Source of the DNA: an uncultured Endozoicomonas sp.
Lineage (GTDB): Bacteria; Pseudomonadota; Gammaproteobacteria; Pseudomonadales; Endozoicomonadaceae
Length of the DNA: 30,000 nucleotides
Reading direction: 5' to 3'
Assembly: GCA_900299555.1 (NCBI GenBank)
Contig: OODV01000016.1
Coordinates: 21,065-51,064, forward strand
Shown one piece after another: positions 16,177 through 25,381 of the stretch. Each line of letters starts with the position of its first letter. Position 1 is the first letter of the stretch. The notes below the pieces were generated by a model that was given only the letters and a program-made list of their open reading frames with translations, made no database searches and had not been told where the DNA came from. The translations under genes and the position numbers were made by a program.

Positions 16177-17019
16177 TTAGCCGCCATTCTTTCCGTAGAA
16201 CAGCTCCAGTTGATGACGTGCAGCATCTTCAACAGCCAACATCGCTGCAGCCATCAAGACCGGCCGGTCAAATTCCTCAGGATTAGCGATCATCGTTTCC
16301 CGAAGCTTACGGCCAAAGGCCATGCGCAGAACGGTACCAATATTAAATTTAGCGACAGCCCCCTTACGCATTCTGGTCAGGTCTTCTTCTTTGATGCCAC
16401 TGGTACCATGAATAACCAGAGGGGTCTCTACCGCATCGGCGATACGCGCCAGGCTGTCATGATCAATCGTGGCCGTTGGCTCTTTCAGACGATGGATATT
16501 TCCTACGGATACGGCTACAGCATCAACACCGGATTCTCTGGCAAAAGCGGCGGCTTCAAACGGATCGGTAGCAATGGTTTTAATGTGTGGACGAATATCG
16601 TCGTAAGGGACGGAACCAATCTCCCCTTCAACAGACACACCACAGGCATGAGCGACGTTAACCACCACACGGGTACGACGGATATTCTCTTCCAAGGGTA
16701 ACTGAGAACCATCAAACATTACGGAACTGAAACCATGATGAATACCCTTAAAAATAATATCCTCCTCATACGTATGATCAAGGTGAGCACAGACCGGTAC
16801 ACTGGCTTCTTTCGCCAGAGCACTGATCATCTGGGCAGCACTCGCAACTCCCATAAAGTCCACAAGGGTTTTATTAGCTGCGAGAATGACCGGTCGGTTC
16901 ACTTTTTCGGCTGCATTAACTACTGCCCTGGCATCTTCATAGCCAAAAACATTAAAGCAGGGTACAGCATAATCTGATTTTGCTGCGTCCGGCAGCAGGT
17001 CCCCAAGGTTCACCAACAT
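16177..17019 (-). CDS. iolJ: Class II aldolase, probable 6-phospho-5-dehydro-2-deoxy-D-gluconate aldolase (IolJ)
   Basis: The 280-aa product has class II FBA/tagatose-bisphosphate aldolase motifs: VCAHLDH, FSSVMFDGS, VSVEGEIG, AVSVGNIH, LVIHGTSGI and KFNIGT. It lies in iol operon context. Confidence 0.75.
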   Translation of the reverse strand: MLVNLGDLLPDAAKSDYAVPCFNVFGYEDARAVVNAAEKVNRPVILAANKTLVDFMGVASAAQMISALAKEASVPVCAHLDHTYEEDIIFKGIHHGFSSVMFDGSQLPLEENIRRTRVVVNVAHACGVSVEGEIGSVPYDDIRPHIKTIATDPFEAAAFARESGVDAVAVSVGNIHRLKEPTATIDHDSLARIADAVETPLVIHGTSGIKEEDLTRMRKGAVAKFNIGTVLRMAFGRKLRETMIANPEEFDRPVLMAAAMLAVEDAARHQLELFYGKNGG

Positions 17020-17051
17020 GGTCTTTCCACCTTACTATTGAGAGAGGGAAA

Positions 17052-17085
17052 GTACTGCAGGCTCCCTTACCCCCTACTGCAGTAC
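17052..17085. other. Intercistronic hairpin between iolB and iolJ
   Basis: gtactgcag (17052-17060) pairs with ctgcagtac (17077-17085), a perfect 9-bp stem with a 16-nt C-rich loop. Confidence 0.4.
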
Positions 17086-17105
17086 CCCCAAATTGTCACA
17101 GCCAT

Positions 17106-17951
17106 TTACTTGAATTTGGCGATCATGTCTTTGATACCGGGAATGGTGTTCACTTGATCCGCATGAGCCGGCTCAAAGTACTGGATCAAAGACTTGGAAG
17201 TTTCACCAACGATGATGGTGAAGTAATACATCTGATAGCCTGGAGCCGCTACGCTTGGGTGATAGCCTTTATTGATCACAATAACGCTGCCGTCTTTCAC
17301 CATGTAGCAGGGGCCACACGTTTCTTCTTCGGTATAAAGGAACTGGGCGCCAAATCCCTGGGGAGGATCAAAGCGGAACTGGTAAACCTCTTCGTAACGG
17401 GTTTCAATGCCTTCACGATCTTCATCGTGCTTATGCGTCGGGAAGCCGGACCAGCCGCCCTTGCCCACGGTAAACAGCTCACTGACCAACAGGCGACCAC
17501 GCTTGTCTGCATTAGCCTGACCGAGAACGTGTTTGATCTTACGGTGGGTTTTGGTGTCATCACTGCCATACTGAACCACCTGAACGTCATCAGGACGAAC
17601 GGCAAATGGCGTCAGTTTCTCTTCATAGCGTCCACCAGCAATCATGACTTCGGCATGATCACTGATGCACTCAATAAGCACTTCACTGTCGATTGGGGCA
17701 TAAACTGCACTGGGATGACCATCCCAGATACGCTCGCGCTCACCAATATTTTCGAATACTTCACCATCAACGGTGATGCGACAGGTACCATTGGCCAGTA
17801 CGGCCGCAGTTTCATAATTTCCCAGGCGATAAGTGTGAGTGCCACCCTTTACCAGCTTGATGCTGTTGAAATAACAAAGCGGGGTTGTATCGTCGTTTTC
17901 TGCAATAATCGCTTCGTTGCGATTATCAAAAGGTTCAATATGCTTGCCCAT
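17106..17951 (-). CDS. iolB: 5-deoxy-glucuronate isomerase IolB
   Basis: The product contains GGWSGFPTHKHDED...YEEVYQFRFDPPQGFGAQFLYT...KGYHPSVAAPGYQMYYF, which matches IolB (KduI/IolB cupin family) as recalled from B. subtilis. I chose the ATG at 17951 (MGKHIEPF) over the upstream extension to 18002. Confidence 0.85.
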   Translation of the reverse strand: MGKHIEPFDNRNEAIIAENDDTTPLCYFNSIKLVKGGTHTYRLGNYETAAVLANGTCRITVDGEVFENIGERERIWDGHPSAVYAPIDSEVLIECISDHAEVMIAGGRYEEKLTPFAVRPDDVQVVQYGSDDTKTHRKIKHVLGQANADKRGRLLVSELFTVGKGGWSGFPTHKHDEDREGIETRYEEVYQFRFDPPQGFGAQFLYTEEETCGPCYMVKDGSVIVINKGYHPSVAAPGYQMYYFTIIVGETSKSLIQYFEPAHADQVNTIPGIKDMIAKFK

Positions 17952-18027
17952 GTTTAACTCTTTCCCGGAGTGATTTCTGTAACCTTTGAAAAGCAATCGC
18001 ACTTCTCAAAGGCTTAATCGGATTTAC

Positions 18028-19032
18028 TTAATGACGCTCACGCTCAGCGATAAATTCAGCCAGCTCATCACTGGTTGGCATCGCTTCAGTACAGGTATCT
18101 CTTGAGACGTTAATGGCCGCTGCTGCCGACCCCATCTTCACCGCTTCTCTGAGGCTCTTGCCACGAATCAGTGCCAAGAACGTGGTTCCTGCATAAGAGT
18201 CACCGGAGCCAAATGGCTTTTTCACAGTGACCGGGAAAATACCCTGCTCAAAACGCTCGCCATCGCGGGTGTACACCTTGGAGCCCAACTCACCCGCCTT
18301 AAGCAGAATGATCTGGGTCTCACCCGTCATGAAACGCTTCGCAGTAGCATCATCATCACGGTTGTTCGGAGCAATCAGCGCTTCCAGAACATCAAACTCT
18401 TCACGGTTGCCAATCAGGATGTGAGCCATGCTGGCAGCCTGACGGTAATAAATCGCACTCTCTGCTTCTGACTTCCAGGAATAAGCGCGGTAATCCAGGT
18501 CCAGCGCAACAATGGTTCCCACTTCTTTCGCCACAGACATGGCATGGAACACCGCTTCCCGGGATGGGCTTTCTGATAGCGCCGTTCCGGTTACCAGCAG
18601 CACTTTGGCACTGGCGATGTAATCGCGGTCAATATCTTCTGGGGTCAGTGTCAGGTCGGCTGCATTATTCCGGTAGATAACCACCGAACCACCGGATGGT
18701 TTCAGCTCGCAGATAGCCAGACTGGTTCTTGATCCGGAGTCGTCTACTTTTACGCCCCTCAAATCGATACCAAACCCTTCCAGGTAATGGCAGACAAACT
18801 GTCCAAGAACGTCGTTCGATACACCACTGATCAGACCAGGGCGACCGCCCTGACGGGCGATCGCAGCGCTGATGTTCGCCGGCGAACCGCCGACGAACTT
18901 GTTGAAGCCAGTGACATCGTTCATGTCGGTGTTGGCTTCACGGGCGTAAAGGTCGACTCCAGCTCTTCCCATACTGATCACATCCAGTGGACGGTCTTTC
19001 AGGGAAGGATTCTGAAAATCGATTGTGGTCAT
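18028..19032 (-). CDS. iolC: 5-dehydro-2-deoxygluconokinase IolC (PfkB family)
   Basis: PfkB sugar-kinase features are present: N-terminal GRAGVDLYA, GGSPANI, and C-terminal GSGDSYAGTTF. The ATG at 19032 overlaps the upstream gene's stop as ATGA. An alternative GTG start lies at 19044. Confidence 0.85.
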   Translation of the reverse strand: MTTIDFQNPSLKDRPLDVISMGRAGVDLYAREANTDMNDVTGFNKFVGGSPANISAAIARQGGRPGLISGVSNDVLGQFVCHYLEGFGIDLRGVKVDDSGSRTSLAICELKPSGGSVVIYRNNAADLTLTPEDIDRDYIASAKVLLVTGTALSESPSREAVFHAMSVAKEVGTIVALDLDYRAYSWKSEAESAIYYRQAASMAHILIGNREEFDVLEALIAPNNRDDDATAKRFMTGETQIILLKAGELGSKVYTRDGERFEQGIFPVTVKKPFGSGDSYAGTTFLALIRGKSLREAVKMGSAAAAINVSRDTCTEAMPTSDELAEFIAERERH

Positions 19033-20189
19033 ACATTCACCCACTGGCTGCCGTTGTCTGCGGATTCAACGCAACGCTCGATAAAGCGGACGCCTTCGAT
19101 ACCATCGTCAATGCCAGGGAACCAGATACTGGCCAGTTCCTGCTGGGCATCGTTGTCCGCAGCGATCATGGCATGACCCATGTTGCGGTAGAGGTTAGCC
19201 CAGGAGTCGAACAAACCTTCAGGGTGGCCACCACCAATCCGCTCAAAACGGGCAGCATCGTGCAGATAGCCCATACCGCGATCCAGCTTGCGGAAAGGTT
19301 CACCCAGTGGTGCGTATTCGATCTGGTTTGGATGCTCATCCCACCAGCGGATGGTGCCCTTCTCACCAATGACTTCTACTTTGAAGTCGTGGACGTTACC
19401 GACGGCTACAGCAGAACACCAAAGAGTACCGACCGCACCGTTCTTGTAACGGATCATGACGTGTGCATCGTCTTCCAGCTGACGGCTTTCTACAAAGCTC
19501 TTGCGCATACAGCTCAGGCTGTCCATCTCCATGCCACTGATCAGATGACCCATCTGCAGACAGTGAGTACCGATATCACCCAGAACATAGGAAGGACCGG
19601 AAGCTTCCGGGGTTACACGCCAGGCCAGACCCGGGTCGTTCTTTTCAACTTCTTCCGCGTGGTAACCGTGGGCAAACTGCATGTGGACGATACGAACCTT
19701 ACCGATATCACCACGCTTAACCATTTCACGGGCCTGGGCGATGGTTGGGTAACCGGTGTAGCCATACATCACGCCGAATACACGATTGTGCTTCAGGGCA
19801 ATTTCTTTCAGTTCTTCAGATTCAGCCGCTGTAAACGTCAGTGGTTTTTCACACACGACGTGCATGCCATGCTCAAGTGCCATTTTGGAAATGGCATAGT
19901 GAGTGCTGTTAGGCGTAGCGATGGTGACGGCCTGAATACCGTCTTCACGCTTGCTTTCCACTTCGATCATCTGCTGGTAATCGTCATAGCAACGATCAGC
20001 ATCCAGACCCAGCTCTTCCACACCAAAGGCGCGGCCACGCTCAGGGTTTACGTCAAAAGCGCCAGCAACCAGTTTAAAGTTACGGTCACGCTGGGCTGCA
20101 TCACGGTGGATATAACCGATCTGGCTGCCCTTGCCACCACCAATCTGCCCCCAGCGCAGTGGCTGCTTCAGGTTATCAGTGCGAATCAT
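19029..20189 (-). CDS. Gfo/Idh/MocA-family NAD(P)-dependent oxidoreductase, putative inositol dehydrogenase
   Basis: The 386-aa product has an N-terminal Rossmann-like segment (WGQIGGGKGSQIG) and the family EKP motif (VVCEKPLT). It sits where iolG would lie within the iol operon. It is longer than the canonical B. subtilis IolG, so substrate and stereospecificity are not assigned. Confidence 0.65.
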   Translation of the reverse strand: MIRTDNLKQPLRWGQIGGGKGSQIGYIHRDAAQRDRNFKLVAGAFDVNPERGRAFGVEELGLDADRCYDDYQQMIEVESKREDGIQAVTIATPNSTHYAISKMALEHGMHVVCEKPLTFTAAESEELKEIALKHNRVFGVMYGYTGYPTIAQAREMVKRGDIGKVRIVHMQFAHGYHAEEVEKNDPGLAWRVTPEASGPSYVLGDIGTHCLQMGHLISGMEMDSLSCMRKSFVESRQLEDDAHVMIRYKNGAVGTLWCSAVAVGNVHDFKVEVIGEKGTIRWWDEHPNQIEYAPLGEPFRKLDRGMGYLHDAARFERIGGGHPEGLFDSWANLYRNMGHAMIAADNDAQQELASIWFPGIDDGIEGVRFIERCVESADNGSQWVNV

Positions 20190-20241
20190 GGTCTTACTCT
20201 CAAATGGTCTTAAAAATGTTTTGAATTAATTTTTTCTGGTT

Positions 20242-20265
20242 CGGGCAGGCTTCCCCACCTGCCCG
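20242..20265. other. Intercistronic GC hairpin between iolD and the dehydrogenase gene
   Basis: cgggcagg-cttcccca-cctgcccg forms a perfect 8-bp stem. A plus-strand T6 run lies upstream, which becomes an A-run after the hairpin on the minus transcript, so this is not a canonical terminator for the operon. Confidence 0.45.
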
Positions 20266-20303
20266 TTATCCATAACGTATTGATTCAGTTTTCTATTGGG
20301 TGA

Positions 20304-22157
20304 TCAGACGCCGGGGCGCTGGTACATGCGCTTTTCTTCCCAGTCAGCAACCGCTTTGGCAGTACGGTCATCACGGGTAACTTTTGGCAGACCCACTTCC
20401 CAGCAGCAGTCACACTGGGACCAGGCGTTCGGATCGATATCCACAACAATGGCAGTGGTTCGGTCAGCGGCCTTGGCTTTAGCGAACGCTTCATCAAACT
20501 CATGCATGCCACTGATCTTGATCGCCAGAGCACCCTGAGCTTCTGCATGCTTGGCAAAGTCAACACGGGCCAGTTCACCCGTTACTTCACGACGGCAGTC
20601 TTTCAGAAGATTATTGAAGGACTCGTTACCAGTGTTGTTCTGCAGCTTGTTGATAACGGCAAAGCCAGCGTTATCACACACCACCACAATCATCTTGTGA
20701 CCGGTCAGGACAGAGCTGTAGATATCGGAATTCATCAGCATGTAAGAGCCGTCACCCACCAGAACCACCACGTCGTTGTCTGGATTGGCAATCTTGGCAC
20801 CCCAGCCACCGGCAATTTCATAACCCATGCAGGAGTAGCCAAATTCGATATCAAACTTACCAAGCTGCTTGCTCTGCCAGTTCATGGCCAGTTCTGCTGG
20901 CAGGCCACCCGCAGCCGTCAGAACGGTGTCGCCTTCTTCGGTCAGTCGGTTAACAGCACCAACAACCTGGGCGTAAGACGCCATATCGCCTTCAACCGGT
21001 GTAATACGCTTGGTGACCAGAGCCTTCCACTCGTTGGTCACTTCCACACCCTTGGCAGTCCACTCTTCAGAGAAACGAACGCCCTGAAGCTGCTCACTCA
21101 GTTTTGGCAGTGTGTCGCGGGCATCACCGATCACAGGGACGGAGCGATGCTTGATCGCGTCAAAGTGCGCTACGTTAATGCTGACAATTTTCAGCGCTTC
21201 ATCGCGGAATACAGACCAGGAACCGGTGGTGAAGTCCTGCAGACGGGTACCAACAGCCAGTACCAGGTCAGCATGGCCAGCCATGTAGTTGGCGGAATCG
21301 GAACCGGTAACCCCAATCGGACCGCAGTTCAGCGGGTTGTCCTGAAGCATGGTGGCACGGCCGGCAATGGTTTCTACCACCGGAATGTTGTGGGTTTCAG
21401 CAAATGCTTTCAGTTCTTCAGACGCTTCTGAGTAGTGAATACCACCACCACTGATGATCAGCGGGCGCTTGGCGTTGCGGAGTAGTTCAGCGGCTTCCGC
21501 CACCATGCAGGATTCTGGTTGTGGACGACGAATTCTGTGTAATTTCTCTTCAAAAAAGCACTCTGGGAAATCAAAGGTATGACCCCAGACATCCTGTGGA
21601 ACACCCAGGAAAGCAGGACCACAGCTGGCTGGGTCGAGCATGGTGTCAACCGCATGAGGCAGAGAATGAATCAGCTGCTCAGGGTGAGTGATACGGTCCC
21701 AGTAACGGGTAACAGCCTTGAACGCATCGTTGGTGCTGATGGTTGGGTTGTGAAAATGTTCGGTCTGCTGCAGTACAGGGTCAGGCAGACGGCTGGCATA
21801 GGTATCGCCAGAGATCATCAGCAGCGGCAAACGGTTGGCATGGGCTACACCTGCAGCGGTAATCATGTTGGCAGCACCAGGACCGATGGACGTGGTCGCA
21901 ACACCAATACGCTGACGCTTATTTGCCTTGGCATAAGCAACAGCAGCCATGGCCATGGACTGCTCGTTCTGGCCACGCCAGGTTGGAATCTTGTCTTCTA
22001 TATTCTTTAACTGCTGAGAGAAACAGGTAACGTTACCGTGACCAAAAATACCAAAGCAGGTACCAAAGAGTTGCTCAACCTTGCCATCCACCTCAATTTT
22101 CTGGGCAACCAGGTATTTGGCCAGTGCTTCTGCAGTTGTTAGACGAATGCGTTTCAT
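20304..22157 (-). CDS. iolD: 3D-(3,5/4)-trihydroxycyclohexane-1,2-dione acylhydrolase IolD (ThDP-dependent)
   Basis: The 617-aa product has the IolD-like N-terminus RLTTAEALAKYLVAQKIEVDGK...FGIFGHGNV and the ThDP-binding region VLVGDGSYMLMNSDIYS. It lies in iol context. Confidence 0.92.
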   Translation of the reverse strand: MKRIRLTTAEALAKYLVAQKIEVDGKVEQLFGTCFGIFGHGNVTCFSQQLKNIEDKIPTWRGQNEQSMAMAAVAYAKANKRQRIGVATTSIGPGAANMITAAGVAHANRLPLLMISGDTYASRLPDPVLQQTEHFHNPTISTNDAFKAVTRYWDRITHPEQLIHSLPHAVDTMLDPASCGPAFLGVPQDVWGHTFDFPECFFEEKLHRIRRPQPESCMVAEAAELLRNAKRPLIISGGGIHYSEASEELKAFAETHNIPVVETIAGRATMLQDNPLNCGPIGVTGSDSANYMAGHADLVLAVGTRLQDFTTGSWSVFRDEALKIVSINVAHFDAIKHRSVPVIGDARDTLPKLSEQLQGVRFSEEWTAKGVEVTNEWKALVTKRITPVEGDMASYAQVVGAVNRLTEEGDTVLTAAGGLPAELAMNWQSKQLGKFDIEFGYSCMGYEIAGGWGAKIANPDNDVVVLVGDGSYMLMNSDIYSSVLTGHKMIVVVCDNAGFAVINKLQNNTGNESFNNLLKDCRREVTGELARVDFAKHAEAQGALAIKISGMHEFDEAFAKAKAADRTTAIVVDIDPNAWSQCDCCWEVGLPKVTRDDRTAKAVADWEEKRMYQRPGV

Positions 22158-22282
22158 TGCTGATTGAACTCGTTAAAAATTTCCCGGAATGTGTTGACTG
22201 ATGATTCCCGTAAATCCCCCTCTTCGTCCGGTTACCCGAAACAGGCAGGGGGAACACCCCGGGAAAAAGTCAGTGCCTGGAC

Positions 22283-23173
22283 TTACAGTCCTGCTTTAGC
22301 CACGTAGGCAGTCAGATTCTTGTAAGCCATGTCTGCATAAGTCTGTGGGTGAGCAACCGCAGGATCCTGCTCAGCTTCAACCACCAGCCAGCCTTCGTAG
22401 TCGAAGTTTTTCAGGGCAGCGAAGATTTCATCCCAGTTCAGGTCACCATCACCAGGAACAGTGAATACGCCGTTCAGAACTGCTTTCAGGAATGGAAGGT
22501 CTTTTTCACGAGCGTCTTTCATTACATCCAGACGAACGTCTTTGGTGTGGAAGTGAACAATACGCTCACCAACCAGACGGATGATTTCAGCAGCATTACC
22601 ACCGCCGTATGTGGCGTGGGCAGTATCAAATGTCAGGCCAACAGATGGCCCGGTGTACTGCATAAACATTTCAAAGTCACGTGGCGTTTCAAAAACAGTG
22701 CCTACATGGTGATGGAATGCCAGACGAATACCGTGCTCTTTCAGGTAACCAGCAAACTGGGTTACTTTAGCACCATACTCTTTCCACTCTTCGTCAGTCA
22801 GCACTACGCGAGTAGACAGTGGTTTTTCAATATCACCATGAACCGTGTTGCTGACTTCACCGGCAACCATAACTTTACAGCCGCAGCCTTTCATCAGAGC
22901 CAAGTGACTCTGAACCGCTTCAATCTCTTCTTCTACAGAGCGATGGCACAGTTCCAGGCTGTACCAGCCGGAGGCCAGAACCAGACCATTTTCTTCCAGT
23001 TTTGGTTTCAGCTCATCGGTAGTGCGTGGATACTTGACTCCCATTTCAGAACCTTTAAAACCAGCCTGGTGCATACCTGCCAGACAGGTTTCCAGAGCAA
23101 TCTCACCGCCCAGACTAGGCATATCATCGTTGCTCCAGGTCAAAGGACTGATTGCCAGTTGTACCTTGCTCAT
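22283..23173 (-). CDS. iolE: Inosose (2-keto-myo-inositol) dehydratase IolE (xylose-isomerase-like TIM barrel)
   Basis: The 296-aa product has the IolE-like N-terminus LAISPLTWSNDDMPSLGGE. An AGGAG ribosome-binding site lies 7 nt upstream of the ATG. It is the first gene of the minus-strand iol operon. Confidence 0.88.
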   Translation of the reverse strand: MSKVQLAISPLTWSNDDMPSLGGEIALETCLAGMHQAGFKGSEMGVKYPRTTDELKPKLEENGLVLASGWYSLELCHRSVEEEIEAVQSHLALMKGCGCKVMVAGEVSNTVHGDIEKPLSTRVVLTDEEWKEYGAKVTQFAGYLKEHGIRLAFHHHVGTVFETPRDFEMFMQYTGPSVGLTFDTAHATYGGGNAAEIIRLVGERIVHFHTKDVRLDVMKDAREKDLPFLKAVLNGVFTVPGDGDLNWDEIFAALKNFDYEGWLVVEAEQDPAVAHPQTYADMAYKNLTAYVAKAGL

Positions 23174-23288
23174 TGTTACGACTCCTAAGGTTTGGTATGA
23201 AGGGAAGCCCTTCTGATTTTCTTCAAATAGTTCGTCACGGCGTTGGCCCTATCTAACAAAAAAAATTAATTTCCAGTCAATAAGTTTT

Positions 23289-23304
23289 TGGAAAATATTT
23301 TCCA
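23289..23304. promoter_or_regulatory. Perfect 16-bp palindrome TGGAAAATATTTTCCA (GGAA-N6-TTCC), candidate IolR operator in the divergent iolE/transporter promoter region
   Basis: Read directly from the sequence. It matches the GGAA-N6-TTCC motif that I recall being reported for the RpiR-type IolR of Sinorhizobium meliloti. It lies 116 bp upstream of the iolE ATG, and a TTGACA -35-like hexamer follows at 23319-23324 on the plus strand. Confidence 0.55.
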
Positions 23305-23638
23305 GTTCTCCACTTTTTTTGACAAGCATCAACGTTTTAAATAACAAAAAAACTCATCCTTTCACCATCTCGAAACAGTCACGGCGCAAAAACGCCCGGA
23401 AATAAACACACCGTTTCTTTTTTAATCATCAAGTGTCGTTTATAGACAACTTCCAGCATCGGTTTGTTAATGGCTGTAAGGATGAGAAAAAGGAAAGGTG
23501 GATCCGGGTTAGCAGTCAGCCAGACAGGGTAGCTCCACCAATCGACTGGTCGACTGGCTTTATCTACCCGGGGGAAGAGCATCTCTTATCTGAGTGCTTC
23601 TGGCTGGCCTTTCATAAAAGAATGGTCAGGGAATCATT

Positions 23639-25069
23639 GTGAAATCGAGTCAAACCCACGATATCCAATATGTAATCCGTATCTGTATGGTGTCAGCACT
23701 GGGAGGATTGCTATTCGGCTACGACACTGCTGTTATCTCCGGAGCCATTGGCCCTTTACAGGAGTACTTTTCGCTTACTCCCGCCATGACTGGCTGGGCA
23801 GTATCTAACGTCGTTGTTGGCTGCATTATTGGCAGTTATTTTGCCGGCAAGCTCAGTTACTCCACTGGCCGTAAAAATGCCCTTCTTATTGCTGCCGTTC
23901 TTTTCTTTATTTCTGCATTGGGTTCTGCTGCAGCCTCTAATTTCACATGGTTCGTTATCTATAGGATGATCGGTGGTCTGGCCGTGGGGATCGCATCGGT
24001 TATATCACCAATGTATATGTCCGAAGTGGCACCAAAAAACTATCGTGGTCGTACAGTAAGCATGCATCAACAGTCTGCTGTCATTGGCCAGACGGTGGTT
24101 TTCTTTGTCAACTTCCTAATTGCCCGCGGTGCATCTGAGCTGTGGCTGGTCGATATGGGCTGGCGCTACATGCTGGGCTCCGAAATTATTCCGGCATTGA
24201 TGTTTGGTGGCCTTTTGTTTTTGATTCCTGAGTCCCCCCGCTGGTGTGTACTTCGTGGCCGGGATAACCAGGCACTGGAAATTCTCACCCGTATTTCCAA
24301 CCCGACACATGCTCAACGTACACTGGCAGATATCAAAGCATCCATGAAAGATACTGGTACGAGCGGTGGCGTCAGTATTCTCAAATCCGGCCTGATGCCC
24401 ATTGTTATCATCGGTATCATGATCGCCAGTATGCAGCAGATCATTGGTATCAACGTAATCATGTACTACACACCGGAAATTCTTAAGCCTATCGCCGGTG
24501 GTACCGAAATGGCACTGCTGCAAACCATCGTTATCGGTGTGGTATTCATTGCCGGTAACTCTCTGGGCATGTACCTGATTGATAAAGTAGGCCGCCTGCC
24601 TCTACTGAAAGCCGGCTCTATTGGCTGTCTGATCGGTATGCTGATGGCCAGCTGGGGAATTTTCAACCAGTCAACAGGTTATACCGCACTGTTCGGCCTG
24701 ATCATTTATGTTGTGTCCTTTGCCGTCAGCTGGGGTTGCTGCTGCTGGACACTGATCTCGGAAATCTTCCCCAACCGAATTCGTTCACAGGCAATGGCCA
24801 TTGCCGTTGCAGCCCAGTGGACTACCGGTTTTGTCGTCACCCAGGCGTTCCCGATGATTAACAGCAATGCCTGGTTGCAGGAACAGTTCAACGGCGCCTT
24901 CAGTTTCTGGGTATTCAGTCTGTTCTGTGTCTTCGCTTACTGGTTTGTTCAACGTTACGTACCAGAAACCAAAGGCGTCAGTCTGGAGCGTATGGAAGAG
25001 CATTTCATGTTACGCTATGGCAAGCAAAAACAGTCCACTGCCAATGCAAATCTTGCCCAAACCAGTTAA
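23639..25069 (+). CDS. iolT: MFS sugar-porter family transporter, probable myo-inositol:H+ symporter
   Basis: The 476-aa product has sugar-porter signatures: GGLLFGYDTAVISGA, GRKNALLIAAVLFFISALG, PMYMSEVAPKNYRG and PESPRW. It starts at GTG and lies in iol context. Confidence 0.75.
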   Translation: MKSSQTHDIQYVIRICMVSALGGLLFGYDTAVISGAIGPLQEYFSLTPAMTGWAVSNVVVGCIIGSYFAGKLSYSTGRKNALLIAAVLFFISALGSAAASNFTWFVIYRMIGGLAVGIASVISPMYMSEVAPKNYRGRTVSMHQQSAVIGQTVVFFVNFLIARGASELWLVDMGWRYMLGSEIIPALMFGGLLFLIPESPRWCVLRGRDNQALEILTRISNPTHAQRTLADIKASMKDTGTSGGVSILKSGLMPIVIIGIMIASMQQIIGINVIMYYTPEILKPIAGGTEMALLQTIVIGVVFIAGNSLGMYLIDKVGRLPLLKAGSIGCLIGMLMASWGIFNQSTGYTALFGLIIYVVSFAVSWGCCCWTLISEIFPNRIRSQAMAIAVAAQWTTGFVVTQAFPMINSNAWLQEQFNGAFSFWVFSLFCVFAYWFVQRYVPETKGVSLERMEEHFMLRYGKQKQSTANANLAQTS

Positions 25070-25100
25070 CCACCGGCCTAACTCCCTCTTAATATCACTT

Positions 25101-25125
25101 GTGGCTCCTGCATAGGAGCCACTTT
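25101..25125 (+). terminator. Rho-independent terminator after the MFS transporter gene
   Basis: gtggctcc-tgcata-ggagccac forms a perfect 8-bp stem and is followed by ttt. It starts 32 bp after the stop codon. Confidence 0.6.
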
Positions 25126-25152
25126 CAGTCTGGCTTTTACGCACAACAAAAA

Positions 25153-25168
25153 TGGAAAAAATATTCCA
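25153..25168. promoter_or_regulatory. Second GGAA-N6-TTCC palindrome (TGGAAAAAATATTCCA), candidate IolR operator upstream of the ABC transporter operon
   Basis: Read directly from the sequence. It lies 214 bp upstream of the binding-protein ATG, and a TTGACA hexamer follows at 25200-25205. Confidence 0.5.
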
Positions 25169-25381
25169 AAAAAATAAAAACAGAAAATTAATGCAAAGTT
25201 TTGACACATATCAACAGCAGGATTCACAAAGAACATCAAAATACACCACGCCAAACCCCGGGAAGATTCTGTGAAAAAGGTCGAGCTGCATGCTTGCCAT
25301 TAAGGTGCAAGCCTCTGGCTTACCCATGGTGATCCTGCAAAACCGTCTGTAATAAGAACTATTCAGAAAGTGAGGGTAGAT

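Noticed and set aside
16980-17957. 325-aa plus-strand ORF
   Set aside because: It is antisense to iolB, which carries the diagnostic PTHKHD and GYHP motifs. It is a shadow ORF. The same reasoning applies to the plus-strand ORFs at 20502-21431 (antisense to iolD) and 22349-23188 (antisense to iolE).
18987-20213. 408-aa plus-strand ORF
   Set aside because: It is antisense to the Gfo/Idh/MocA oxidoreductase gene and has no ribosome-binding site or family features. It is a shadow ORF.
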